DNA from: Balanoglossus misakiensis
Lineage: Eukaryota; Animalia; Hemichordata
Reading direction: 5' to 3'
DNA length: 64,000 bases
Assembly (NCBI GenBank): GCA_040954595.2
Contig: CM082583.2
Span: 8,354,154 to 8,418,153 of the forward strand
A model generated the notes under the pieces. That model was not told the origin of the DNA and searched no databases. It saw only the letters and a list, made by a program, of their open reading frames with translations. Both the position numbers and the translations under genes were made by a program. This document shows, piece by piece, positions 52,321 through 64,000 of this stretch (positions within the stretch are counted from its first letter, which is position 1; the number at the start of each line of letters is the position of its first letter).

Positions 52321-54315
52321 GCCTATGTCCGTCAGTCTGTTTTTGAGATTTTTAATCTTGCTTTTTCCCTTAATCCAATAAAAGTTTATTCAAAAATGTA
52401 TAAGTACCAAATAAATCACTCCCAGACTTTAACCTGGGAGTGATTTATTTGGCACCCGTCAGCCTCGCGTGTATGTCTCTGTTAGCCCGAGTCTGTCAGT
52501 ATAGCCAAATAAGTTGTGTACTTATATTTTCCAGAAGTTTTATTGAGATTTGTTGTTTTTCAATTACTCCATTGTAATTTTTATTAACATTTTTCTCTAG
52601 GTTTTTGTGATTGTACCTTTTGTATTTTATTGAGTGAAATATATGTTATTTAGAAACGTAAATAAAAATTGTATTTCCGTGAATGTTTACCGAGATGGTG
52701 CAATGCAATTCTATGCTATGTTACGCTATTTGTTACACGTTTACCAAACGTCATAACCAAGATGTGAAAACTATGAAAAATTTGCATTTTAGTCGCTGTT
52801 TTGTATTGTATTTAAATACGATTATTATATCAACCTGTATTGCTTTCACTTTGTTGTATGTTAAGTCCACAGAAATTATTGTATATCTTTTGTCTGTGGT
52901 CTCCAAACTTTATACATGTGTTTATTTGAATTCTTGTATTTTCAATAAAAACTAGATTGAAATGAAAGATTTAACTAGTCTCTGTTTTATTTTATTCAAC
53001 CAATACTAAGGCAATTATTGAAACGTGGAGAAATGTCGGCACTTGATTTGAAAACAATCTGTTCTCACTGACCCTAAAAAAGTATCCGATTTGCATCAAT
53101 TATGAATGATTCTGACTGGTGCCCTGTACCCAGATCAGCGAACCGAATTTGTTCTTGCCTCAATGTTGGTGCTATATGAACATAACATTTCAATGTTTTA
53201 AAATGAACCTTTTTGTTTGCCGACTCTGAATACTTCGAAAGGTGCTCGTTATTGTGTGTCTGTGTGTTTGTGACATGTGTAAGTTGTATGTTCCGGCCAT
53301 GCTACTGTGACTGCTACATGAGGTAAGCGCTTGTGTGTTTCATGGCCGAGTGAAGACCGCTGCCTGCTATGGGGATTTCAAGCAGTATTTAACAGGTAAG
53401 TGACAAAATCTCCATTGGGAAGTGTTTTTTTCTTTATCCAAGTTCACAGAACGTAATGTATATCCTCTTTATGAAAACTATGACTTTGTGTTCATTTGAA
53501 AACTGTTTTCAATAAAAATAGAAGAAACTAAGACTTTACTTGTGTCCGTATGATTTTATTCAACCATTGCTAATACAATTAATGAAAAGTGGTCAAAAGT
53601 CGGTCCTGGATTTGAAAACAATCAGTTGTCTCATTGATTGACCCTCTAGGTTTGCATTTGCAAAGATAGGTCATGTAGGTTAAAGGTCACCTGTAAACGT
53701 TGAAAGAAATTCTGGTATCGTATTGAAGTACATTTATGAGCCAGGTCTAAGCGCTGAACAGTAGGTATAAGTTGCCACACAATCAGAAGTCTGATCCCGT
53801 ATTGAGCTTAAACTAGATACCTAGTAAAAGTATACATCTACACTGCAGACGGTATACGTAAGACATGGCCTTACAAAAAATTATTTTCATCGCTGATGGC
53901 GCCATAATATTATTCACCACTTCTGCAACAAGTGTATTCCCCGACATAGAGTCGATCGGCAACTGACAAATCCGAATTTGTCAATTTTTATTTCATGAGC
54001 TATAGATCATAAAAATAGCAAAAAACGACCTATACTACTCCCAAAGCAGTATATCGTAATCCGTTATCCATTTGTCTTTTGATGAGAGACTTTTGTGCAA
54101 GATTAGCAGTTCTGCAATTTTATCACCAATGGCATAATATGGAAGTTCAGTTCATGCAAGGGTGTATGTATTCACTACTGGTAAGATGAACTGTAAGAAA
54201 GACTGCCATTTATCAAATAAATCCACTGAAACATATAGTCAAAAGGATCGCCTATTTTTTAATTAATTAAGTCTGAAAAAGCAGTTATATATACACGTCC
54301 TTTTACTTTATCTCG

Positions 54316-56471
54316 TCAATGGTCGTCCTCAGCAGTTGGGTCTTCTTCGATATGAGAGTATCTTCCTTTCACAGCAATGAACACCAGAAAGGCAACCACT
54401 AAACCGACTTGCACCATCGTGTACAAGACAAAATACGCCCGGTCGACGATTCTGGATATCTCTCTCCACTCCCTGAGACGGCGCTGTTGCGTTTCGGGGT
54501 CTCTGTCGTAGAAATCCGAGTCTTGCTTCTCTGCGTCGATTTCTCGATGGTCCAACGAATTCCTCAAGTGATCCTTTTCGCTCGTGCCGTTCACGAACGA
54601 ACCGAGAGGTACGTCGTCTGCTCGTGAGATCTGCGGTCTCCGTCTCTTGCTCCTTTTCCGGTACTCTCTGATGCGCACCCGCGTACAGGCGAGTCTGGCG
54701 AGGCAGTAGAAGGCCATTGATTTCAGGTAGCTCGGTGGTTCCGTGCAGACGGGGCCCTTGAAGTGCATGTTAAGTGTCCACGCAGTGGCAAAGGCGGACA
54801 AAACTGCCACTCCGATTGTAATGAAGAAATAACGCTCTGAAAAAGGACAACAGTAAGACGGTAGTATACTTATTCGCAGTGAAAAATGATTCATAGCATC
54901 TCAGTAAGCATATCGACCAGAAAAAAGCTAAAAACTTCAGTTCAATTTAAACTTAAATTTAAAATGAAATTAAATTTATAATCATTTCTTGGTAGGGTAA
55001 AATCGAAAGTCACCCCCCCCCCCCGTATTAACAAAGTAGATATTTGCAACCTGAACTTACGACTTGTTTAATCACCTGCCTAACTTTCAGTGAGTTAGTC
55101 ACGTTGGGTTTAACGTACTCTTCTTATGCCACAATCCAAAAATGAACAAACTTTCGGTGTGATTTTATCAACTTGGAAAATCTGGGAATTACTTACGGAG
55201 GTATGGAACAACTTCAGCCGTTGGTGGCATGTAGTCGGATATAACGGTCAGGAAAACAAACTGTGATAAAATACTGATGACGCAGAGGCTGACTCTCTCT
55301 CCCGAATCGGACGGTAGATAAAACCCAACAGAGATTAGGATACAGGCTAGGAAGGACGGCAGGATGATGTTTACAACATAGAACATTGATCTCCTCTGGA
55401 GGTGTATGGTGTAAGTCACATCCGGGAATTTCTCCGGACAGCACACGTACGTCTTTTCATTTTTGGTCACGGGCATCTCCAGGACCTTCCACTCGCCGTT
55501 CTCGGTGAATCTGTCGATGGTGCTCGTCGGGTCGGTGACGTAGTCTATCAGTTCGATGTGGTAGCTCCAGGAGGCAAATTTGAAATCGCACCGCTGTTCG
55601 TCGAACGGGAACAGCGTGGCGTCGATGGAGCAGGTGGCTTGTAGGACCATCGGTTGCAGCGCTGTCACCGTGCCCTTAAAATCTATGATGGCGTCCGTCT
55701 CAAAGTGGCGTTGGAAGTCGGCCGTCACACTGTGTGAGAGAGAAGAAAAAACATGTTGTAGGTGTATTTAAAAAAAAAGCAACAGTCAGGCAATTTCAAA
55801 ATGTTATCGGTATATCAATTTGATATATTTCTCTGTTATTGACGAAGATTTTTTCAATAATTTCCGATCTGAAGATATGTGTCCTTTTCGTGTGTTTTTT
55901 TTCTTTCAAAAATCGGTTTTGATATCTCCATATCATTTCAGGTTCTCCATGTACTGTGGATAAGACGTGCCTCTGAATCGTCCCATGGGGAAACGATTGA
56001 TGCTCACCTTCCGTAAAGTACAGTGTCCGGCTGCCAAATCTCAGATATCGGTATCTGTAACTGGGACAGCCCGTTGTAAGTGTCGGGCTCCCACGTTAAA
56101 TATTCATCGGTCCAAACCTTAAGCAATGCAAGAAAATGAAGCTAGGTTCACTCTTTTTATTTGAACATAATGACGTTTTGCAAAATATGAACGGCACATA
56201 GCATGCAGAAAGAACGTTACTAGAACTGACGTTTTCGACATAATTTAACATTCGACAGTATTATTCATAAGCTGGATTTATCGTACTTAGATAGTCATTT
56301 TTAATTACATAGCGTTAATTGCATTTTAGGAATCAGTGCAAAACAAACCATACACATTCGTCAACGTTTCCAGTTTAGTTTATAGCCACATGCAACATCT
56401 GAAATACCACAAGATAGTTAGCATACCTGACCAAGCCAGCTTTTCAGTGTAATTACTTGGTTTTTCTCATC
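54316..56471 (-). CDS. Nicotinic acetylcholine receptor alpha-type subunit (alpha9/10-like), 5' exons not in view
   Basis: Exons 56471-56427 (DEKNQVITLKSWLGQ), 56117-56008 (WTDEYLTW..IWQPDTVLY), 55729-55197 (Cys loop CSIDATLFPFDEQRC, FASWSY, YVCC, M1-M2 LPSDSGERVSL), 54836-54316 (M3, EWREISRIVDR, M4). Confidence 0.93.
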
Positions 56472-57379
56472 CTGTAGGGTAATTTAGAAAATAAATGAAG
56501 TAAGATTTTCTATCAACAAGGACAACACGTAAAAGACCACAAACGACAGAGAATCGTATAACAATTTTTGATTTCTATCCTGCGAATATGTTGATAAACC
56601 TTTTGCAAGACTATGTACATGTATTTGACTTTCGGGTACTCAATAAAGCTACTATACTGACACTCAAATCAGCGTTGTTGTCATTTAATAAACTAAGTAC
56701 ACATGATGCAGAGACGTGTTTTTATACAAGGGAAGGTAAGAAAGATGACTAGCCAAACATCATCGTTCAGCACTTGGCATGGTTCAAAACAAATTAAACT
56801 TTCTGTCTGACTCTGTCTTTGCAAAGAAAACATTTTCTGTTTGCATGTTAAATTTGTAAAGGAATTCATTGAAACTTATGCTGACGCTATTCGGTGGAAA
56901 CCTTTCCCGATGTCTGTTACAAAGACAGCAGACGGTGCGTATCTCCACGAATTACATGCAAATCAATGTGACATTTCGTGACAGTTACATGTATGATAGT
57001 ATCGTGTGTATGGAACATTTCGGCTGCATACTAGGGTTTTATTACAAACAGGCAATAAGTACGAATGTGTTTATGTACACAGCTGTGACGACAAAAAAAC
57101 AATAGGGTGGGATTGAAGCACCACATGTTATAGCTACTATTTTTACCTCTAAGGTTAACATGCTCTAATACTCCCTAAAATAAATCAGTCAAAAATAAAA
57201 CAAAAACAACCGCAAGGTACATTTGGGTCAAGGCTATACGCAATTAAACAGAAAAGTCATCTGGGGGAAATATGAATCTGACCTTAAGCTGTGAAAATTT
57301 TCATCAGCGATAACCCATGAAAACTGTCGAGAAATGACAAAAACACCAAAACCTCAAAGACGGAAAACGGTCGATTTTT

Positions 57380-60300
57380 GACAATTTTCATGAGCTATAA
57401 CCCATGGTTTTTTCGAAAAAATGAAGAAATTTTGATATCTCGGAAAGTCGAAAAATTGTCATTTTTGGACGATTTTCATGGGCTATAACCCATGGTTTTT
57501 TCGAAAAAATGAAGAAATTCTGATATCTCGGAAAGTCGAAAAATTGTCATTTTTGGACGATTTTCATGGGCTATAACCCATGGTTTTTTCGAAAAAATGA
57601 AGAAATTCTGATATCTCGGAAAGTCGAAAAATTGTCATTTTTGGATGATTTTCATGAGCTATAACCCATGGTTTTTTCGAAAAAATGAAGAAATTTTGAT
57701 ATCTCGGAAAGTCGAAAAATTGTCATTTTTGGACGATTTTCATGGGCTATAACCCATGGTTTTTTCGAAAAAATGAAGAAATTTTGATATCTCGGAAGTC
57801 GAAAAATTGTCATTTTTGGATGATTTTCATGGGCTATAACCCATGGTTTTTTCGAAAAAATGAAGAAATTTTGATATCTCGGAAAGTCGAAAAAATTGTC
57901 ATTTTTGGACGATTTTCATGGGCTATAACCCATGGTTTTTTCGAAAAAATGAAGAAATTTTGATATCTCGGAAAGTCGAAAAATTGTCATTTTTGGACGA
58001 TTTTCATGGGCTATAACCCATGTTTTTTTCGAAAAAATGAAGAAATTTTGATATCTCGGAAAGTCGAAAAATTGTCATTTTTGGACAATTTTCATGGGCT
58101 ATAACCCATGGTTTTTTCGAAAAAATGAAGAAATTTTGATATCTCGGAAAGTCGAAAAATTGTCATTTTTGGACGATTTTCATGGGCTATAACCCATGGT
58201 TTTTTCGAAAAAATGAAGAAATTTTGATATCTCGGAAAGTCGAAAAATTGTCATTTTTGGACGATTTTCATGGGCTATAACCCATGGTTTTTTCGAAAAA
58301 ATGAAGAAATTTTGATATCTCGGAAAGTCGAAAAATTGTCATTTTTGGACGATTTTCATGGGCTATAACCCATGGTTTTTTCGAAAAAATGAAGAAATTT
58401 TGATATCTCGGAAAGTCGAAAAATTGTCATTTTTGGACGATTTTCATGGGCTATAACCCATGGTTTTTTCGAAAAAATGAAGAAATTTTGATATCTCGGA
58501 AAGTCGAAAAATTGTCATTTTTGGACGATTTTCATGGGCTATAACCCATGGTTTTTTCGAAAAAATGAAGAAATTTTGATATCTCGGAAAGTCGAAAAAA
58601 TTGTCATTTTTGGACGATTTTCATGGGCTATAACCCATGGTTTTTTCGAAAAAATGAAGAAATTTTGATATCTCGGAAAGTCGAAAAATTGTCATTTTTG
58701 GTTGATTATCATGGGCTATAACCCATGGTTTTTTCGAAAAAATGAAGAAATTTTGATATCTCGGAAAGTCGAAAAATTGTCATTTTTGGTTGATTATCAT
58801 GGGCTATAACCCATGGTTTTTTCGAAAAAATGAAGAAATTTTGATATCTCGGAAAGTCGAAAAATTGTCATTTTTGGATGATTTTCATGGGCTATAACCC
58901 ATGGTTTTTTCGAAAAAATGAAGAAATTTTGATACATCGGAAAGTCGAAAAATTGTCATTTTTGGATGATTTTCATGGGCTATAACCCATGGTTTTTTTC
59001 GAAAAAATGAAGAAATTTTGATACATCGGAAAGTCGAAAAATTGTCATTTTTGGATGATTTTCATGGGCTATAACCCATGGTTTTTTCGAAAAAATGAAG
59101 AAATTTTGATACATCGGAAAGTCGAAAAATTGTCATTTTTGGATGATTTTCATGGGCTATAACCCATGGTTTTTTCGAAAAAATGAAGAAATTTTGATAT
59201 CTCGGAAAGTCGAAAAATCGTCATTTTTGGATGATTTTCATGGGCTATAACCCATGGTTTTTTCGAAAAAATGAAGAAATTTTGATATCTCGGAAAGTCG
59301 AAAAATTGTCATTTTTGGACGATTTTCATGGGCTATAACCCATGGTTTTTTCGAAAAAATGAAGAAATTTTGATATCTCGGAAAGTCGAAAAATTGTCTT
59401 TTTTGGACGATTTTCATGGGCTATAACCCATGGTTTTTTCGAAAAAATGAAGAAATTTTGATATCTCGGAAAGTCGAAAAATTGTCATTTTTGGACGATT
59501 TTCATGGGCTATAACCCATGGTTTTTTCGAAAAAATGAAGAAATTTTGATATCTCGGAAAGTCGAAAAATTGTCATTTTTGGACGATTTTCATGGGCTAT
59601 AACCCATGGTTTTTTCGAAAAAATGAAGAAATTTTGATATCTCGGAAAGTCGAAAAATTGTCATTTTTGGACGATTTTCATGGGCTATAACCCATGGTTT
59701 TTTCGAAAAAATGAAGAAATTTTGATATCTCGGAAAGTCGAAAAATTGTCATTTTTGGACGATTTTCATGGGCTATAACCCATGGTTTTTTCGAAAAAAT
59801 GAAGAAATTTTGATATCTCGGAAAGTCGAAAAATTGTCATTTTTGGACGATTTTCATGGGCTATAACCCATGGTTTTTTCGAAAAAATGAAGAAATTTTG
59901 ATATCTCGGAAAGTCGAAAAATTGTCATTTTTGGTTGATTATCATGGGCTATAACCCATGGTTTTTTCGAAAAAATGAAGAAATTTTGATATCTCGGAAA
60001 GTCGAAAAATTGTCATTTTTGGTTGATTATCATGGGCTATAACCCATGGTTTTTTCGAAAAAATGAAGAAATTTTGATATCTCGGAAAGTCGAAAAATTG
60101 TCATTTTTGGATGATTTTCATGGGCTATAACCCATGGTTTTTTCGAAAAAATGAAGAAATTTTGATACATCGGAAAGTCGAAAAATTGTCATTTTTGGAT
60201 GATTTTCATGGGCTATAACCCATGGTTTTTTCGAAAAAATGAAGAAATTTGATACATCGGAAAGTCGAAAAATTGTCATTTTTGGATGATTTTCATGGGC

Positions 60301-63300
60301 TATAACCCATGGTTTTTTCGAAAAAATGAAGAAATTTTGATACATCGGAAAGTCGAAAAATTGTCATTTTTGGATGATTTTCATGGGCTATAACCCATGG
60401 TTTTTTCGAAAAAATGAAGAAATTTTGATATCTCGGAAAGTCGAAAAATCGTCATTTTTGGATGATTTTCATGGGCTATAACCCATGTTTTTTTCGAAAA
60501 AATGAAGAAATTTTGATATCTCGGAAAGTCGAAAAATTGTCATTTTTGGATGATTTTCATGGGCTATAACCCATGGTTTTTTCGAAAAAATGAAGAAATT
60601 TTGATATCTCGGAAAGTCGAAAAATTGTCTTTTTTGGACGATTTTCATGGGCTATAACCCATGGTTTTTTCGAAAAAATGAAGAAATTTTGATATCTCGG
60701 AAAGTCGAAAAATTGTCATTTTTGGACGATTTTCATGGGCTATAACCCATGGTTTTTTCGAAAAAATGAAGAAATTTTGATATCTCGGAAAGTCGAAAAA
60801 TTGTCATTTTTGGACGATTTTCATGGGCTATAACCCATGGTTTTTTCGAAAAAATGAAGAAATTTTGATATCTCGGAAAGTCGAAAAATTGTCATTTTTG
60901 GACGATTTTCATGGGCTATAACCCATGGTTTTTTCGAAAAAATGAAGAAATTTTGATATCTCGGAAAGTCGAAAAATTGTCATTTTTGGACGATTTTCAT
61001 GGGCTATAACCCATGGTTTTTTCGAAAAAATGAAGAAATTTTGATATCTCGGAAAGTCGAAAAATTGTCATTTTTGGACGATTTTCATGGGCTATAACCC
61101 ATGGTTTTTTCGAAAAAATGAAGAAATTTTGATATCTCGGAAAGTCGAAAAATTGTCATTTTTGGACGATTTTCATGGGCTATAACCCATGGTTTTTTCG
61201 AAAAAATGAAGAAATTTTGATATCTCGGAAAGTCGAAAAATTGCCATTTGTGGACGATTTTCATGGGCTATAACCCATGGTTTTTTCGAAAAAATGAAGA
61301 AATTTTGATATCTCGGAAAGTCGAAAAATTGCCATTTTTGGACGATTTTCATGGGCTATAACCCATGGTTTTTTCGAAAAAATGAAGAAATTTTTGATAT
61401 CTCGGAAAGTCGAAAAATTGTCATTTTTGGACGATTTTCATGGGCTATAACCCATGGTTTTTTCGAAAAAATGAAGAAATTTTGATATCTCGGAAAGTCG
61501 AAAAATTGTCATTTTTGGACGATTTTCATGGGCTATAACCCATGGTTTTTTCGAAAAAATGAAGAAATTTTGATATCTCGGAAAGTCGAAAAATTGTCAT
61601 TTTTGGACGATTTTCATGGGCTATAACCCATGGTTTTTTCGAAAAAATGAAGAAATTTTGATATCTCGGAAAGTCGAAAAATTGTCATTTTTGGACGATT
61701 TTCATGGGCTATAACCCATGGTTTTTTCGAAAAAATGAAGAAATTTTGATATCTCGGAAAGTCGAAAAATTGTCATTTTTGGACGATTTTCATGGGCTAT
61801 AACCCATGGTTTTTTCGAAAAAATGAAGAAATTTTGATATCTCGGAAAGTCGAAAAATTGTCATTTTTGGATGATTTTCATGGGCTATAACCCATGGTTT
61901 TTTCGAAAAAATGAAGAAATTTTGATATCTCGGAAAGTCGAAAAATTGTCATTTTTGGACGATTTTCATGGGCTATAACCCATGGTTTTTTCGAAAAAAT
62001 GAAGAAATTTTGATATCTCGGAAAGTCGAAAAATTGTCATTTTTGGACGATTTTCATGGGCTATAACCCATGGTTTTTTCGAAAAAATGAAGAAATTTTG
62101 ATATCTCGGAAAGTCGAAAAATTGTCATTTTTGGACGATTTTCATGGGCTATAACCCATGGTTTTTTCGAAAAAATGAAGAAATTTTGATATCTCGGAAA
62201 GTCGAAAAATTGTCATTTTTGGACGATTTTCATGGGCTATAACCCATGGTTTTTTCGAAAAAATGAAGAAATTTTGATATCTCGGAAAGTCGAAAAATTG
62301 TCATTTTTGGACGATTTTCATGGGCTATAACCCATGGTTTTTTCGAAAAAATGAAGAAATTTTGATATCTCGGAAAGTCGAAAAATTGTCATTTTTGGAC
62401 GATTTTCATGGGCTATAACCCATGGTTTTTTCGAAAAAATGAAGAAATTTTGATATCTCGGAAAGTCGAAAAATTGTCATTTTTGGACGATTTTCATGGG
62501 CTATAACCCATGGTTTTTTCGAAAAAATGAAGAAATTTTGATATCTCGGAAAGTCGAAAAATTGTCATTTTTGGACGATTTTCATGGGCTATAACCCATG
62601 GTTTTTTCGAAAAAATGAAGAAATTTTGATATCTCGGAAAGTCGAAAAATTGTCATTTTTGGACGATTTTCATGGGCTATAACCCATGGTTTTTTCGAAA
62701 AAATGAAGAAATTTTGATATCTCGGAAAGTCGAAAAATTGTCATTTTTGGACGATTTTCATGGGCTATAACCCATGGTTTTTTCGAAAAAATGAAGAAAT
62801 TTTGATATCTCGGAAAGTCGAAAAATTGTCATTTTTGGACGATTTTCATGGGCTATAACCCATGGTTTTTTCGAAAAAATGAAGAAATTTTGATATCTCG
62901 GAAAGTCGAAAAATTGTCATTTTTGGACGATTTTCATGGGCTATAACCCATGGTTTTTTCGAAAAAATGAAGAAATTTTGATATCTCGGAAAGTCGAAAA
63001 ATTGTCATTTTTGGACGATTTTCATGGGCTATAACCCATGGTTTTTTCGAAAAAATGAAGAAATTTTGATATCTCGGAAAGTCGAAAAATTGTCATTTTT
63101 GGACGATTTTCATGGGCTATAACCCATGGTTTTTTCGAAAAAATGAAGAAATTTTGATATCTCGGAAAGTCGAAAAATTGTCATTTTTGGACGATTTTCA
63201 TGGGCTATAACCCATGGTTTTTTCGAAAAAATGAAGAAATTTTGATATCTCGGAAAGTCGAAAAATTGTCATTTTTGGACGATTTTCATGGGCTATAACC

Positions 63301-64000
63301 CATGGTTTTTTCGAAAAAATGAAGAAATTTTGATATCTCGGAAAGTCGAAAAATTGTCATTTTTGGACGATTTTCATATGGGCTATAACCCATGGTTTTT
63401 TCGAAAAAATGAAGAAATTTTGATATCTCGGAAAGTCGAAAAATTGTCATTTTTGGACGATTTTCATGGGCTATAACCCATGGTTTTTTCGAAAAAATGA
63501 AGAAATTTTGATATCTCGGAAAGTCGAAAAATTGTCATTTTGGACGATTTTCATGGGCTATAACCCATGGTTTTTTCGAAAAAATGAAGAAATTTTGATA
63601 TCTCGGAAAGTCGAAAAATTGTCATTTTTGGACGATTTTCATGGGCATAACCCATGTTTTTTCGAAAAAAATGAAGAAATTTTGATATCTCGGAAAGTCG
63701 AAAAATTGTCATTTTTGGACGATTTTCATGGGCTATAACCCCTGGTTTTTTCGAAAAAATGAAGAAATTTTGATATCTCGGAAAGTCGAAAAATGTCATT
63801 TTTGGACGATTTTCATGGGCTATAACCCATGAACCCATGGTTTTTTCGAAAAATGAAAGAAATTTTGATATCTCGGAAAGTCGAAAAAATTGTCATTTTT
63901 GGATGTTTTCATACTCTCACGATTCTGGTTTTTTCGAAAAAATGAAGAAATTTGATATCTCGGAAAGTCGAAAATTTGTCCATTTTTGGATGATTTTCAT
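57380..64000 (+). repeat. 88-bp AT-rich satellite, ~75 copies, runs off right edge
   Basis: Monomer CATGGTTTTTTCGAAAAAATGAAGAAATTTTGATATCTCGGAAAGTCGAAAAATTGTCATTTTTGGACGATTTTCATGGGCTATAACC; period 88 (57403 to 57491); very high copy identity. Confidence 0.98.

Larger units (their letters stand above)
50090..53648 (+). mobile_element. Putative ~3.5-kb composite non-coding TIR element
   Basis: Imperfect inverted ends (TAGAGG..TGAGAC..ATCGTTTTCAAA vs reverse of TTTGAAAACAAT..GTCTCA..CCTCTA), duplicated right end (52940-53075 vs 53508-53646), internal tandem arrays and duplicated modules; no recognisable ORF. Confidence 0.4.

Noticed and set aside
57742-63838. Short ORFs in the 88-bp satellite
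   Set aside because: Arise from single-base indels in the repeat; indels after ~63360 look like low-quality sequence near a contig end.

Overview
Intron-rich animal (invertebrate-type) genomic DNA, not prokaryotic. Genes in order: a chondroitin synthase (CHSY, - strand, running off the left edge) head-to-head with a chondroitin polymerizing factor-like gene (CHPF, +); two tandem SAXO/FAM154-type microtubule inner protein genes with RFX X-box motifs upstream; CDK11 (15 coding exons); an SLC16/MCT transporter; two tandem double-GNAT acetyltransferase paralogues; and the 3' part of an alpha-type nicotinic acetylcholine receptor subunit (-), whose missing 5' exons should lie beyond an 88-bp satellite that fills the last ~6.7 kb. 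The most unusual structure is a 5.6-kb concatemer in CHPF intron 1. It holds five CAC...GTG terminal-inverted-repeat elements fused precisely as GTG|CAC (like RAG signal joints), each with an internal 25-bp array, and a TA duplication only at the two outer ends. Also present: three TAG...CTA elements with 9-bp target duplications (one carrying a RecQ-helicase fragment, the AcademH signature), a 14-monomer higher-order duplication in the satellite, and a ~3.5-kb composite non-coding element. All calls come from reading the sequence; no database searches were run.
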